Assembly: GCA_963677815.1 (NCBI GenBank)
Contig: OY782499.1
Location: 412,408 to 476,407, forward strand
Length of the DNA: 64,000 bases
From: Candidatus Cloacimonadales bacterium
GTDB lineage: Bacteria; Cloacimonadota; Cloacimonadia; Cloacimonadales; JAFGVF01
Direction: 5' to 3'
The position numbers and the translations under genes are program-made. Below the pieces are notes generated by a model that was given only the letters and a program-made list of their open reading frames with translations, was not told where the DNA came from and did not search any database. Positions 28,330-37,973 of this stretch are shown here, in pieces (position 1 is the stretch's first letter; each line of letters opens with the position of its first letter).

Positions 28330-28772
28330 TCTGACTTATTTACTGAGAATGCTAAATATGCTAAAATTCTCGCTGCTAAGAAAATATCAACATCGAAGCT
28401 GATAAATTGGACTTAGCTCTCATAATTAATAATGATAAAAACAAGATTCAACAAGTTATTAGTAATTTTATTTCTAACGCTATTAAGTATTCTCCCAGAA
28501 ACTCATTGATTAAGTTGAAGCTAGAGATTGAAAACCAATCCATAATTTTTTCCTGCCAAGACCAGGGTTATGGAATTGCAGAAGATGAGCAAAACTTGAT
28601 ATTTGAACCATTTAAGAAAGCTCAATCAAGTCAGTATATTAATGAGCAATCAACAGGTCTTGGACTTGCCATATCCAAAGAGATAATTACTGGTCATGAG
28701 GGAGAAATCTGGCTAGAAAGTCAAATAGACCAAGGTTCTACCTTCTATTTTTCTCTCCCTTATAAACAATAA
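28330..28772 (+). pseudogene. Truncated, frameshifted sensor histidine kinase remnant (HATPase_c only)
   Basis: NFISNAIKYS, DQGYGI, STGLGLAISK, GSTF boxes but no HisKA or sensor domain; the upstream frame ...AKILAAKK joins NINIEADKL with one A missing at 28381-28384. Confidence 0.7.
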
Positions 28773-28785
28773 AGCAAATATGGTA

Positions 28786-28852
28786 AGTTCTTGATTGTTA
28801 CTATCTCAATCTTTTATTGAAAAGTTATAGAGTAAGTAACAATCAAGGAACT
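28786..28852. repeat. Inverted-repeat element (family B, copy 2) between convergent genes
   Basis: AGTTCTTGATTGTTACT ... AGTAACAATCAAGGAACT; same arms as 4769-4828. Confidence 0.72.
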
Positions 28853-30110
28853 ACTGTCCCCCCATACCAAAACTAAAAGTGAAGATAGTTTGCTCATTAG
28901 TTAGATTATAAGCTAGCCCAAAACCAATTGCTGGAATAGCTACCTTATCAAAATAGATCTTAAATTCACTACCAAGTCCCTGGTATTTTTCATCGAGACC
29001 ATCATTATTATAATAACCAGCTTCATAGTAATATGACATAGTAGAATTTAACTTAAATTTACTCATCAAAGCATGTTCAAGGACAAAAGCTCCATTTATC
29101 CAATCATCAGCCCATACCTTCATATTAGGAATAGATTTGCTACCATGAAAACCACTTAATACATCTTCAGCATTATCTGGCCTATCGAAAAGACCGAAAG
29201 TGCTTTTTAAAGAGAAATTAATCTTAGAATCATAGGTTGTTGAATATGATATTTTACTAGTTGAGCGGAAAAAATCATCATAATTATCATCTAAAGAAAA
29301 AACTCTTGAAGTTAAAGATTCTACTTTAAAGCCATCTCTAAAAACGAAATTTTGTTCTGTATTATCATAAGAAATCAAGAGTCCTGGAAATAATAAATTA
29401 GCATCTTTTTCCAAATTACCTGCTTCATTATCCATTTTTATCTTTTGCCATTCAAGGTCAGGGCCAAGGGTAAGGTTTTTGTTCATAAACTTTTTACCAA
29501 TGCTTGCTCCTAGATTGATTGTCTTTTGTTTACTTTCATAATAAGGTTCATTTTCATAAATATCAGTCATTTCAATCTCATTGGTCCGATAGTTAACAAT
29601 AATTTTTCCAGCGTATTCATTATTGAACATCTCATCTTGAGTAAGAAGAAGAAAGGTAGTTATATCATTTTTCCCAAAAGCACCTACCCCAAGCAAGGTT
29701 GCACCATAGCCCAAAAAATTACTATCCAAGGCTGCTCCACCATACATCTTATCTCCATCAACTGAGTTAAAGAATGGTACAGCAAAGAGGGAAAATTTCT
29801 CGGACACAGTGATCATCATCACAGCATCATTTTCAGTAGGGAAAAACTCGACTTCTTTATTAAGTGCAAAAAGACCTTTATCATCTATTCTTTTAAAAAT
29901 ATAAGCTAGGTCATAATCAGCAACAGTAAGTCCTGCTTTAGTTTCTACCCAATTTAAAAAAGTTTTTTCGCTTGTTCGTCTAAGGCCATTGACTGTTATC
30001 TCAACAACATCTCTATTTCCATATTGCTGAACGAAGCTTTCTTGGTCTAAAGCTATTAAAGATATTGAAAAGACCAAAATCAGCAAAAATGTAATTATTC
30101 TTTTATTCAT
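28851..30110 (-). CDS. Omp85/BamA-TamA-like outer-membrane protein with a single POTRA-like domain
   Basis: Signal peptide; VEITVNGLRRT POTRA-like start; ITVSEK, DSNFLGYG; aromatic beta-strands ending TFSFG. Confidence 0.65.
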   Translation of the reverse strand: MNKRIITFLLILVFSISLIALDQESFVQQYGNRDVVEITVNGLRRTSEKTFLNWVETKAGLTVADYDLAYIFKRIDDKGLFALNKEVEFFPTENDAVMMITVSEKFSLFAVPFFNSVDGDKMYGGAALDSNFLGYGATLLGVGAFGKNDITTFLLLTQDEMFNNEYAGKIIVNYRTNEIEMTDIYENEPYYESKQKTINLGASIGKKFMNKNLTLGPDLEWQKIKMDNEAGNLEKDANLLFPGLLISYDNTEQNFVFRDGFKVESLTSRVFSLDDNYDDFFRSTSKISYSTTYDSKINFSLKSTFGLFDRPDNAEDVLSGFHGSKSIPNMKVWADDWINGAFVLEHALMSKFKLNSTMSYYYEAGYYNNDGLDEKYQGLGSEFKIYFDKVAIPAIGFGLAYNLTNEQTIFTFSFGMGGQ

Positions 30111-30352
30111 TTAATCTCCTATTCATGTTATTCTCAAACAATTTAGACAAGTTGTAATCGTCAAGAAATTACTTAAACCTGATAAATAATAATGGGAAAT
30201 CAGCTTTAAGCAAATAAGCTAATCAGTTTTTTATTGACATCATTAGTGTTTATTGAGAAATTATTACAAGTTATTTCAGCCCAAATGTTGCTGTTAAAAA
30301 AATGAGATAAGCTGACTTAACAAATGAGATTCTAGGGGAAAGGGGAAGGATT

Positions 30353-31744
30353 ATGAAAAAAATACTGATTATTGATGATAATAATGACATACATACAGTT
30401 TTAGAAGGTTTATTAAGTAAAAAGAAAAATATCCAATTCTTTCATGCTTACAATGGGATGGAAGGTTATATGAAACTTGAGCAACTTAAACCTGATTTAA
30501 CTATTCTAGATAATCAGATGCCAGTTATGTCAGGTTTTGAATTATTAGAAAAACTACAAAAAGAACTTAAATCTTACCCTATAATAATGTTAACAGCCTT
30601 TGGTCAAATATCTGATGCTGTCCAAGCAATCAAACTTGGAGCACTGGACTATCTTACCAAACCTTTTGATGATGATCAATTTAACCTAATTATTAACAAG
30701 GCTCTTAAAATTGGTTCTTTGAAAAATGAGAGAAAGAAAAAGGAAGTTTCTTTACTTTCAAAGCAAAATGATAGAAACTATCATCTTATAGGTCAATCAA
30801 AAATTTTTAAGGATTTACTAGAAGAAGCTTCTCTAGTTGCATCTACAGATATAAATGTAATTATTAATGGCTCTAATGGTACAGGTAAAGAAGAAATCGC
30901 TAAATATATCCATTATAATAGCAATCGCAGTGATAGTTCATTCATTGCAGTAGATTGTGGAGCAATACCTGATAATCTTTTCGAAAGAGAGATGTTTGGA
31001 GCTACTAAAGGTGCTTATACTGGTGCTGAGACAGACACTATTGGTTTATTTGAAACTGCTAATGGAGGAACTATCTTCTTAGATGAAATTGGTAATCTTT
31101 CTTCATCAGCTCAAACTTCCCTCTTGAGGGTCTTGCAAAACAGAGTATATAGAAAAGTGGGGAGCATTGAAGAGATTCAAGTTGATGTAAGATTAATTTC
31201 AGCGACTAATGCTAAATTATTAGATGAAGTTTCCAATGGTTCTTTCAGAGAAGATCTATTTCATAGAATCAATGGTTTTGACCTTTTAGTCCCTGACTTG
31301 CGAAAAAGGAAAGAAGATATTCCCTTACTGGTAAATCACTTTATTACTAAGTTTAATACTGAATTAAAAAGAAATGTTCAGCAAGTTGCTCCAGAAACAA
31401 TGGAAAAGCTTAAAGAATATGAATGGTCTGGTAACATTCGAGAACTTATAAATGTTATCCAAAAGGCAGTTTTGTTATGTTCTGATACAACTCTTACTAA
31501 CAAGCATATAAGAATTTCACCCAAAAGTGATAATGGTAAACTAAAAGATGAAAACAATCTGATGGCAGATATTATCAACAGACCTATTTCTATTGCTGAG
31601 AAAATTGAACTCTTTGAAAAGGAAATCATCAAACATGCAGTTGAAAGTCATCAGGGCAATAAATCTTCTGCAGCTTCCTGGTTAAAAATTAGTAGAAAAA
31701 CTCTTTATGAGAAGATTAAGAAGTTGGGATTGTTGAAGGATTAA
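30353..31744 (+). CDS. Sigma54-dependent response regulator (NtrC family)
   Basis: REC (ILIIDDN, ILD..MP, YLTKPF), GSNGTGKE, GAYTGA, FLDEIG, FREDLFHRI, WSGNIREL, HTH. Confidence 0.93.
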   Translation: MKKILIIDDNNDIHTVLEGLLSKKKNIQFFHAYNGMEGYMKLEQLKPDLTILDNQMPVMSGFELLEKLQKELKSYPIIMLTAFGQISDAVQAIKLGALDYLTKPFDDDQFNLIINKALKIGSLKNERKKKEVSLLSKQNDRNYHLIGQSKIFKDLLEEASLVASTDINVIINGSNGTGKEEIAKYIHYNSNRSDSSFIAVDCGAIPDNLFEREMFGATKGAYTGAETDTIGLFETANGGTIFLDEIGNLSSSAQTSLLRVLQNRVYRKVGSIEEIQVDVRLISATNAKLLDEVSNGSFREDLFHRINGFDLLVPDLRKRKEDIPLLVNHFITKFNTELKRNVQQVAPETMEKLKEYEWSGNIRELINVIQKAVLLCSDTTLTNKHIRISPKSDNGKLKDENNLMADIINRPISIAEKIELFEKEIIKHAVESHQGNKSSAASWLKISRKTLYEKIKKLGLLKD

Positions 31745-31791
31745 GACTAACGATCGTCTATCATGTGTCTTAATTCTCTGTTTATGTAATT

Positions 31792-32166
31792 CTATTTACT
31801 AATCCACATGCCACATTCATTGAATTTAAAGCCACATTTCTCATAAAATGCTCTTTTGCCTTCTGTGTGGGTAAGAAAGAAATAGCTTCCTCTAAATTTT
31901 TCTAGTATTCTAAAGATTAACTGTTTCCCTATTCCCTTCTTTTGGTAATCAGGATGGACAATAACATCAAAAATATTTGTATAATAGTAATTGTCACTAA
32001 TAGCTCTAGCAAAAGCTATTAGTTTATCATCATCATAGCAAGTTACATAATAGGAATTTTCAAAAGCAGGAATAATATTATCAGGATTTTTATTCCATCC
32101 AACTGCTAAAAAAAGATTAATAACTTGGTCAGTTTGTAATTGATTGTTTTCTAAATAGCGATACAT
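31792..32166 (-). CDS. GNAT family N-acetyltransferase
   Basis: DVIVHPDYQKKGIGK acetyl-CoA motif, FYEKCGF. Confidence 0.88.
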   Translation of the reverse strand: MYRYLENNQLQTDQVINLFLAVGWNKNPDNIIPAFENSYYVTCYDDDKLIAFARAISDNYYYTNIFDVIVHPDYQKKGIGKQLIFRILEKFRGSYFFLTHTEGKRAFYEKCGFKFNECGMWISK

Positions 32167-32236
32167 TTGGTCTCCTTATAAATAAATAGTACAATTTTAT
32201 TGACTAAATGAAGCATAAATATCAAGCTGTAAAAAG

Positions 32237-32313
<77 letters not shown>

Positions 32314-32379
32314 GATTTGCATAGAACAAACAAATGCTAGATAAATAAAATTTGTCAAGAAAAATAAAAAGGAGATAGT

Positions 32380-32928
32380 ATGGAAGTCTATATGAACTTT
32401 GTGAAAGATAATGTTATCTTATCTGCTATCATTCATTTCGCTGTATTAGGTACCTTTGGAGAGATTCTTTCCAAGTGGGTTCTTAACAAGAGTTTTAAAT
32501 TCCCATTTAACTTTGTTATGACAATTAAGAAGATGGTAATTTGGGCTCTTTTAGGTATTGCTATTAAGTATACTTTCGTTGGATTTGCTGGCAACGCTGG
32601 ACATCAAGATGGCTTTGTGAACGCCTTAATGAATCATAATTTCTTACCTAAAGTAGGTCATGATTCTTTCCTATTTGCTTTCTTTGTTTCTGCTTTTATG
32701 AATTTACAGTTTGGACCATTCTTAGTAATAGTTCATCGTGTATTAGATAATTTAGCAGCAGGTCAAAGCAATTGGAAGGGAATCAATAAGGGCCTATATT
32801 GTTTATTATGGTTCTGGATTCCAGCCCATACAGTTACATTCTTATTGCCTGCTGAACTTCGTATTGTTATGGCAGCAGTGTGGTCGCTAGCTTTAGGTAT
32901 ATTATTAGGTTACTTTAATCGTAAGTAA
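32380..32928 (+). CDS. Integral membrane protein (Mpv17/PMP22-like)
   Basis: About 4-5 hydrophobic segments; WFWIPAHTVTF motif. Confidence 0.6.
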   Translation: MEVYMNFVKDNVILSAIIHFAVLGTFGEILSKWVLNKSFKFPFNFVMTIKKMVIWALLGIAIKYTFVGFAGNAGHQDGFVNALMNHNFLPKVGHDSFLFAFFVSAFMNLQFGPFLVIVHRVLDNLAAGQSNWKGINKGLYCLLWFWIPAHTVTFLLPAELRIVMAAVWSLALGILLGYFNRK

Positions 32929-32942
32929 AACAAAGAGGGATA

Positions 32943-35024
32943 ATGGTTAGTATTGAGGGAGATATAAAATTTCTAAAAGGGGTTGGTGAATATCGAGCTA
33001 AACTGCTAAAGAAATTAGGGATAGAAAGTCTTTTAGATATGATGGAATACTTCCCTCGTGCTTATATTGATAGATCTGCTAACATAAAAATAGCTGAGAT
33101 TGAAAATGATAGTAATGTCGCTTTAGTAGGAAAAATAGTAGATGTTTATGAACAGTCTTATGGGAATAACAAGAAGAAACTGCATGCAGTTATCACAGAT
33201 TCTACTGACTCCTTAATGCTAACCTGGTTCCGTTATAACAAATGGTTAAATGATAAGTTAAAAGTAGGTAAAGAGGTTTGGGTAAGTGGCAAAGTTTCTA
33301 TTTTTATGAACTCCTTAAACATAGTTCATCCTGATATTGAATTTATTGATGGGGAATCTATTGAGGATGATTTTTGGAAGAATAGACCCCTCCTACCAAT
33401 CTATAAATTAACTGGTAACCTAACTAATAAAGCTCTTAGAAAGATAGTGCTTAATTGTTTTGCAGAGTATTCAGACTTTATTACTGAAAACTTACCGGAA
33501 AATATTCTAAAGAGATTGAAACTAAGAGACAGAAGGTCTGCCCTGCAGATAATGCACTTTGCCACTAACCAAGCAGTTGCAATTCAAAACAGAAAAAGAT
33601 TTGCCTTCGAAGAATTATTTTATACCCAAATATTATTAGCCAGAACTAAATTTAGACATAAAAAAATAGTTCATGGCCTTGAGTTTAAACTTTTCCATAC
33701 TTATACAAAAAAACTCAAAGAATCGCTTCCTTTTGATTTAACAGGGGCTCAAAAAAGAGTCATTAATGAAATAGTACAAGACATGACCTCTAACAAACAG
33801 ATGAACAGACTTGTACAGGGTGATGTTGGTTCAGGAAAAACAATTGTTACTCTTTTTTGTATGCTTTTAGCTGTAGAAAATGGATATCAAGCTATAATGA
33901 TGGTTCCAACAGAAATCCTTGCCCAACAGCATTTTCAAACAATTTCAAAATATCTAAGTAATCAGCCAGAACTTAATATTGCTCTTCTTAAGGGTGGAGT
34001 TTATAAAGGGAAAAGTAAGATTAAAGAAGGCATAAAAGCTGGTGATTTCCAGATAATTATTGGGACCCATGCTCTAATTCAAGATGATATTCACTTCCAT
34101 AAAGCTGGTTTCTTAGTAGTAGATGAACAACATCGCTTTGGGGTTGAGCAAAGAGCAAAGTTATCGCAAAAAATGAACTTTCCTGATATGCTTTACCTTT
34201 CAGCTACTCCTATTCCCCGTTCCCTTGCTCTAACTGTATATGGAGATTTAGATGTTTCACAAATTGACCAACTACCTCCTACTCGAAAAGAAGTTAAGAC
34301 AATTTGGCATGGACAAGCTAAGAAACAACATGTTTATCAAGAGATTGAAGCAGAATTAAGAAAAGGTCGTCAGGCTTATGTAGTTTGTCCCTTAGTAGAA
34401 GAATCAGAAAAGATGGACCTTCAGGATGCAGAGAGTGTGTATCAAAGACTTTCTCAAGTAGTATTTCCCACGTATAAAGTTACTCTTCTGCATGGAAGAA
34501 TGAAATCAAGCGAAAAAGATGAAATTATGTTAGCTTTTAAGAAACATGAATATGATATACTTGTTTCTACTACAGTCATAGAAGTTGGTGTAGATGTTCC
34601 TAATGCTTCAGTTATGATGATAGAACATGCTGAAAGATTTGGATTAAGTCAGATTCATCAACTAAGAGGAAGAGTGGGCAGAGGTTCTGAACAAGCTTTT
34701 TGTTATTTAATATCCTATCCACCTATTTCTGCTGAAGGAAGAGAAAGACTGCAAACAATGGCTTCCACAAGTGATGGATTTCTTATAGCAGAAAAAGATT
34801 TAGAGCTAAGAGGTCCAGGAGATTTCTTTGGTAAAGAACAATCAGGTATGCCCAACTTTAAATTCGCCTCTATTGTAAATGACCAGAAGATATTATTAGT
34901 GGCTAGAGAAATTGCCTTTGATATTATTAAAGATGACCCTCACTTAGAAAAAGATGAAAATCGAATTATTAGAGATTATTATTATAAAAAATTCTTTGAA
35001 AGAGAGAAGATGATTAGGTATTAA
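32943..35024 (+). CDS. recG: ATP-dependent DNA helicase RecG
   Basis: LKGVG, QGDVGSGKT, DEQHRFGV.QR, SATPIPR, QLRGRVGRG, DLELRGPG. Confidence 0.97.
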   Translation: MVSIEGDIKFLKGVGEYRAKLLKKLGIESLLDMMEYFPRAYIDRSANIKIAEIENDSNVALVGKIVDVYEQSYGNNKKKLHAVITDSTDSLMLTWFRYNKWLNDKLKVGKEVWVSGKVSIFMNSLNIVHPDIEFIDGESIEDDFWKNRPLLPIYKLTGNLTNKALRKIVLNCFAEYSDFITENLPENILKRLKLRDRRSALQIMHFATNQAVAIQNRKRFAFEELFYTQILLARTKFRHKKIVHGLEFKLFHTYTKKLKESLPFDLTGAQKRVINEIVQDMTSNKQMNRLVQGDVGSGKTIVTLFCMLLAVENGYQAIMMVPTEILAQQHFQTISKYLSNQPELNIALLKGGVYKGKSKIKEGIKAGDFQIIIGTHALIQDDIHFHKAGFLVVDEQHRFGVEQRAKLSQKMNFPDMLYLSATPIPRSLALTVYGDLDVSQIDQLPPTRKEVKTIWHGQAKKQHVYQEIEAELRKGRQAYVVCPLVEESEKMDLQDAESVYQRLSQVVFPTYKVTLLHGRMKSSEKDEIMLAFKKHEYDILVSTTVIEVGVDVPNASVMMIEHAERFGLSQIHQLRGRVGRGSEQAFCYLISYPPISAEGRERLQTMASTSDGFLIAEKDLELRGPGDFFGKEQSGMPNFKFASIVNDQKILLVAREIAFDIIKDDPHLEKDENRIIRDYYYKKFFEREKMIRY

Positions 35025-35064
35025 TCAAATCATTCTAGCAATTATGCTGTTAATTATATAAATA

Positions 35065-35328
35065 TTGTACATAATGAAAAGTAAAATTCTTGATGTTAAG
35101 TGTAAATGTGGAAGTCTTATATTCAGATATAAGAAAACTGGTTCAGGGACATTGATTAAATGTTTTAGAGATAATATTATAGAAAGTAATATTGAAATTG
35201 AAGATATTAGATTATTAGAAAAAGTTCTTTGCCCAGTCTGCAATAAAGATATAGGTTATTGGAATAGAATAAGAGGTCAAATAGCCCTGAAACTTAATAA
35301 TGGTTCAATTGAAAAAATCAGAATTTAA
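35065..35328 (+). CDS. Small putative Zn-ribbon protein
   Basis: CKCG...YKK.G.G.LIKC...CPVC; the start may be ATG 35074. Confidence 0.7.
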   Translation: MYIMKSKILDVKCKCGSLIFRYKKTGSGTLIKCFRDNIIESNIEIEDIRLLEKVLCPVCNKDIGYWNRIRGQIALKLNNGSIEKIRI

Positions 35329-35355
35329 CCCAGATGGTGCTGTATAGCTTTTGGG
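35329..35355. mobile_element. MITE end fragment (copy 7) abutting a stop codon
   Basis: TTTAA|CCCAGATGGTGCTGTA matches the family terminus; the TAA of TTTAA is the stop of the 35065 ORF. Confidence 0.55.
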
Positions 35356-35448
35356 ATACAGCTCTCCACAGTCCAGGAAAATAAGAAAAATATAGCTTAA
35401 TAAGATATTTTAACTATATTAATAAAAAAACATCGAATAGGATGATTT

Positions 35449-36819
35449 ATGAGAATAGAAAAAGATTTATTAGGTAATTTAGAAATAAATAAAGATAAGC
35501 TCTATGGTATCAATACAGCTAGAGCTTTAGATAATTTCAGAATATCATCATTAAAGATGCCCTCCCTTTTTATCAAGTCTTTAGCCCAAGTTAAATTAGC
35601 TTGTGCTAGAACTAACTTTCAACTGGAGTATCTTGATGATGAGAAATATGAAGCTATCTTCTATGCCTTAAATGAAATCATAGCAGGTAAGCATGACAAA
35701 GACTTTGTTACAGATGCTCTTCAAGGTGGAGCTGGGACTTCTACTAACATGAATATGAATGAGGTTGTAGCAAATTTAGCAAATAAATACTTAGGTCATG
35801 AGCTTGGCTCATATCAAGAAGTTAAACCACTAGCTGACATAAATATGCATCAATCAACTAATGATGTATATCCCACAGCAGTAAAGATTGCTGTCCTCTA
35901 CCTACTTAAAGATTTAGAAAAGGACTTAGCTGAATTACAAGAAGCACTACAAACTAAGGAACAAGAATTTCATGATGTAATAAAAATTGGTAGAACTCAG
36001 CTACAAGAAGCTGTTCCTATGACTTTAGGTATGGAGTTTTCTGCCTATGCAGAAGCTATATCAAGAGATAGATGGCGAATCTTCAAGTGCAGAGAGAGAA
36101 TCAAAGTCCTAAATCTAGGTGGAACTGCCATAGGTACAGGTGTAGGTGCTCCCCAAACATATATCTTCAAAGTTGTAGAAAACCTCAAGGAAATTACAGG
36201 ACTGGTAATTGCTCGTTCAGAGAATTTAGTTGAAACTACTCAAAATCTTGATTCTTTCGTGGAAATATCAGGAATGATAAAAACTGTAGCAGTTAATTTG
36301 TTTAAAATATCCAATGACTTGAGACTTCTAGCTAGTGATTCAGGGGAGATTAACCTACCAGCTTTACAGAGCGGTTCTACAATAATGCCTACAAAAATCA
36401 ATCCTGTAATGCCAGAAGCTGTTTCTCAGGTAGCCCTAAAAGTTATGGGAAATGATGCAATAATTGCTAATGCTTCAGCTCTTGGTAATTTAGAGTTAAA
36501 TCAATTTATGCCCTTAATTGCTTATAGCATACTTGAATCTTTAGAAATTCTGCATAATGTAATACCTCTTTTCCAAAATAAATGTATTCAAGGTATTACT
36601 GCTAATCCTGAAATATGCAAAAACAGACTTTTACAAAGTAGAACAATTGCAACTGTTTTTGTCCCTCTTTTAGGTTATGCAAAAGTAGAAGAACTTATCA
36701 AGGAATCTCTTAAGAATAAGATAAGTATCAAGGACTTGATTTTACAAGAAAAGCTTTTAACTGAATCTCAAGTTGACGAATTACTCAGTCCTAAAAGAAT
36801 GTATAAATTAGGATTTTGA
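35449..36819 (+). CDS. aspA: Aspartate ammonia-lyase
   Basis: QGGAGTSTNMNMNEV, QSTNDVYPT, KIGRTQLQEA, GSTIMPTKINPV fumarase/aspartase signature. Confidence 0.88.
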   Translation: MRIEKDLLGNLEINKDKLYGINTARALDNFRISSLKMPSLFIKSLAQVKLACARTNFQLEYLDDEKYEAIFYALNEIIAGKHDKDFVTDALQGGAGTSTNMNMNEVVANLANKYLGHELGSYQEVKPLADINMHQSTNDVYPTAVKIAVLYLLKDLEKDLAELQEALQTKEQEFHDVIKIGRTQLQEAVPMTLGMEFSAYAEAISRDRWRIFKCRERIKVLNLGGTAIGTGVGAPQTYIFKVVENLKEITGLVIARSENLVETTQNLDSFVEISGMIKTVAVNLFKISNDLRLLASDSGEINLPALQSGSTIMPTKINPVMPEAVSQVALKVMGNDAIIANASALGNLELNQFMPLIAYSILESLEILHNVIPLFQNKCIQGITANPEICKNRLLQSRTIATVFVPLLGYAKVEELIKESLKNKISIKDLILQEKLLTESQVDELLSPKRMYKLGF

Positions 36820-36902
36820 TAAAGATTACAGATAGATTAATAACTTATCACCCAGGGATGTAACACTAGAAGCATATCCCTTGCTACCCAATAGGAGAAT
36901 TA

Positions 36903-37973
36903 ATGAAAAATTATAGATGGAATAACTTATCCAAAGATGAAATGATAGAATTGATGTCTTCAAATGACAAGCAATTATTACAAAAGATGTATGATGAAGC
37001 TTATAAAGTCAAACTTAAATATGTTGGTAATACGGTTTATTTTAGAGGTTTAGTTGAATTTAGTAATATCTGCACAAAAGATTGCCTTTATTGTGGTATT
37101 AGAAAAAGTAATCCTAAAATGGAACGCTATTGCCTTACTAAAGAAGACATTTTAAGGTCTGCTAAATGGTCTTACGACCATAATTATGCTTCATTTGTCT
37201 TACAATCAGGAGAAAGAACTGATGAAGATTTTATTTCTTTTGTTGAAGATGTTCTTTATGAAATAAAAGATAGATACGGACTCGGAGTCACTCTATCTTT
37301 AGGAGAAGAAAGCCGAGAGACTTACCGAAGATGGAGAAAAGCTGGAGCTAGCAGATACTTACTTAGAATTGAGAGCTCAAATCCAGATATTTATAAATTA
37401 ATCCACCCTGAAGAATGTGATTTCCAAAAAAGACTCCAAGCTATAGAAGATTTAAGAGCTGAAGATTATCAAGTAGGAACTGGTGTAATGATTGGACTAC
37501 CTACTCAAACGGCTGAAGACCTTGTTAATGATATCCTCTTCTTCAAAGAACATGACATTGATATGATAGGTATGGGACCTTATATTGTTCATCACGATAC
37601 ACCAATGGCAGCAATGATGAAAGACTATGACCCAAAACATCAACTAGAATTAGGATTAAAGATGATTGCTTTAACAAGACTCTACCTCAAAGATGTTAAT
37701 ATTGCCTCAACAACCGCCTTACAGACCTTAGATAGTTTAGGCAGAGAGAGAGGCTTACTTGCCGGAGCTAACATTTGTATGCCTGTGGTCTATGAATCTG
37801 AGAACAGAAAGAATTACCTTCTCTATGACAACAAACCAGCCCTTACAGAAACTTCTGAGGAAAATATGAAAGCTTTTGAGAAATCAATTCATAGAATTGG
37901 TGAGAATATCGGCTACGGGGTTATGGGTAACTCTCCTCACTACAAGAAAAGAAAAGGAGTCAATAATGGCTAA
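36903..37973 (+). CDS. hydE: [FeFe]-hydrogenase maturation radical SAM protein HydE
   Basis: RGLVEFSNICTKDCLYCGIR (CX3CX2C), RYLLRIE, GTGVMIGLP, YLLYDNK. Confidence 0.9.
   Translation: MKNYRWNNLSKDEMIELMSSNDKQLLQKMYDEAYKVKLKYVGNTVYFRGLVEFSNICTKDCLYCGIRKSNPKMERYCLTKEDILRSAKWSYDHNYASFVLQSGERTDEDFISFVEDVLYEIKDRYGLGVTLSLGEESRETYRRWRKAGASRYLLRIESSNPDIYKLIHPEECDFQKRLQAIEDLRAEDYQVGTGVMIGLPTQTAEDLVNDILFFKEHDIDMIGMGPYIVHHDTPMAAMMKDYDPKHQLELGLKMIALTRLYLKDVNIASTTALQTLDSLGRERGLLAGANICMPVVYESENRKNYLLYDNKPALTETSEENMKAFEKSIHRIGENIGYGVMGNSPHYKKRKGVNNG

Noticed and set aside
37876-37965. Extended hydF N-terminus from the ORF track
   Set aside because: It overlaps hydE; the RBS and family start fit ATG 37966.
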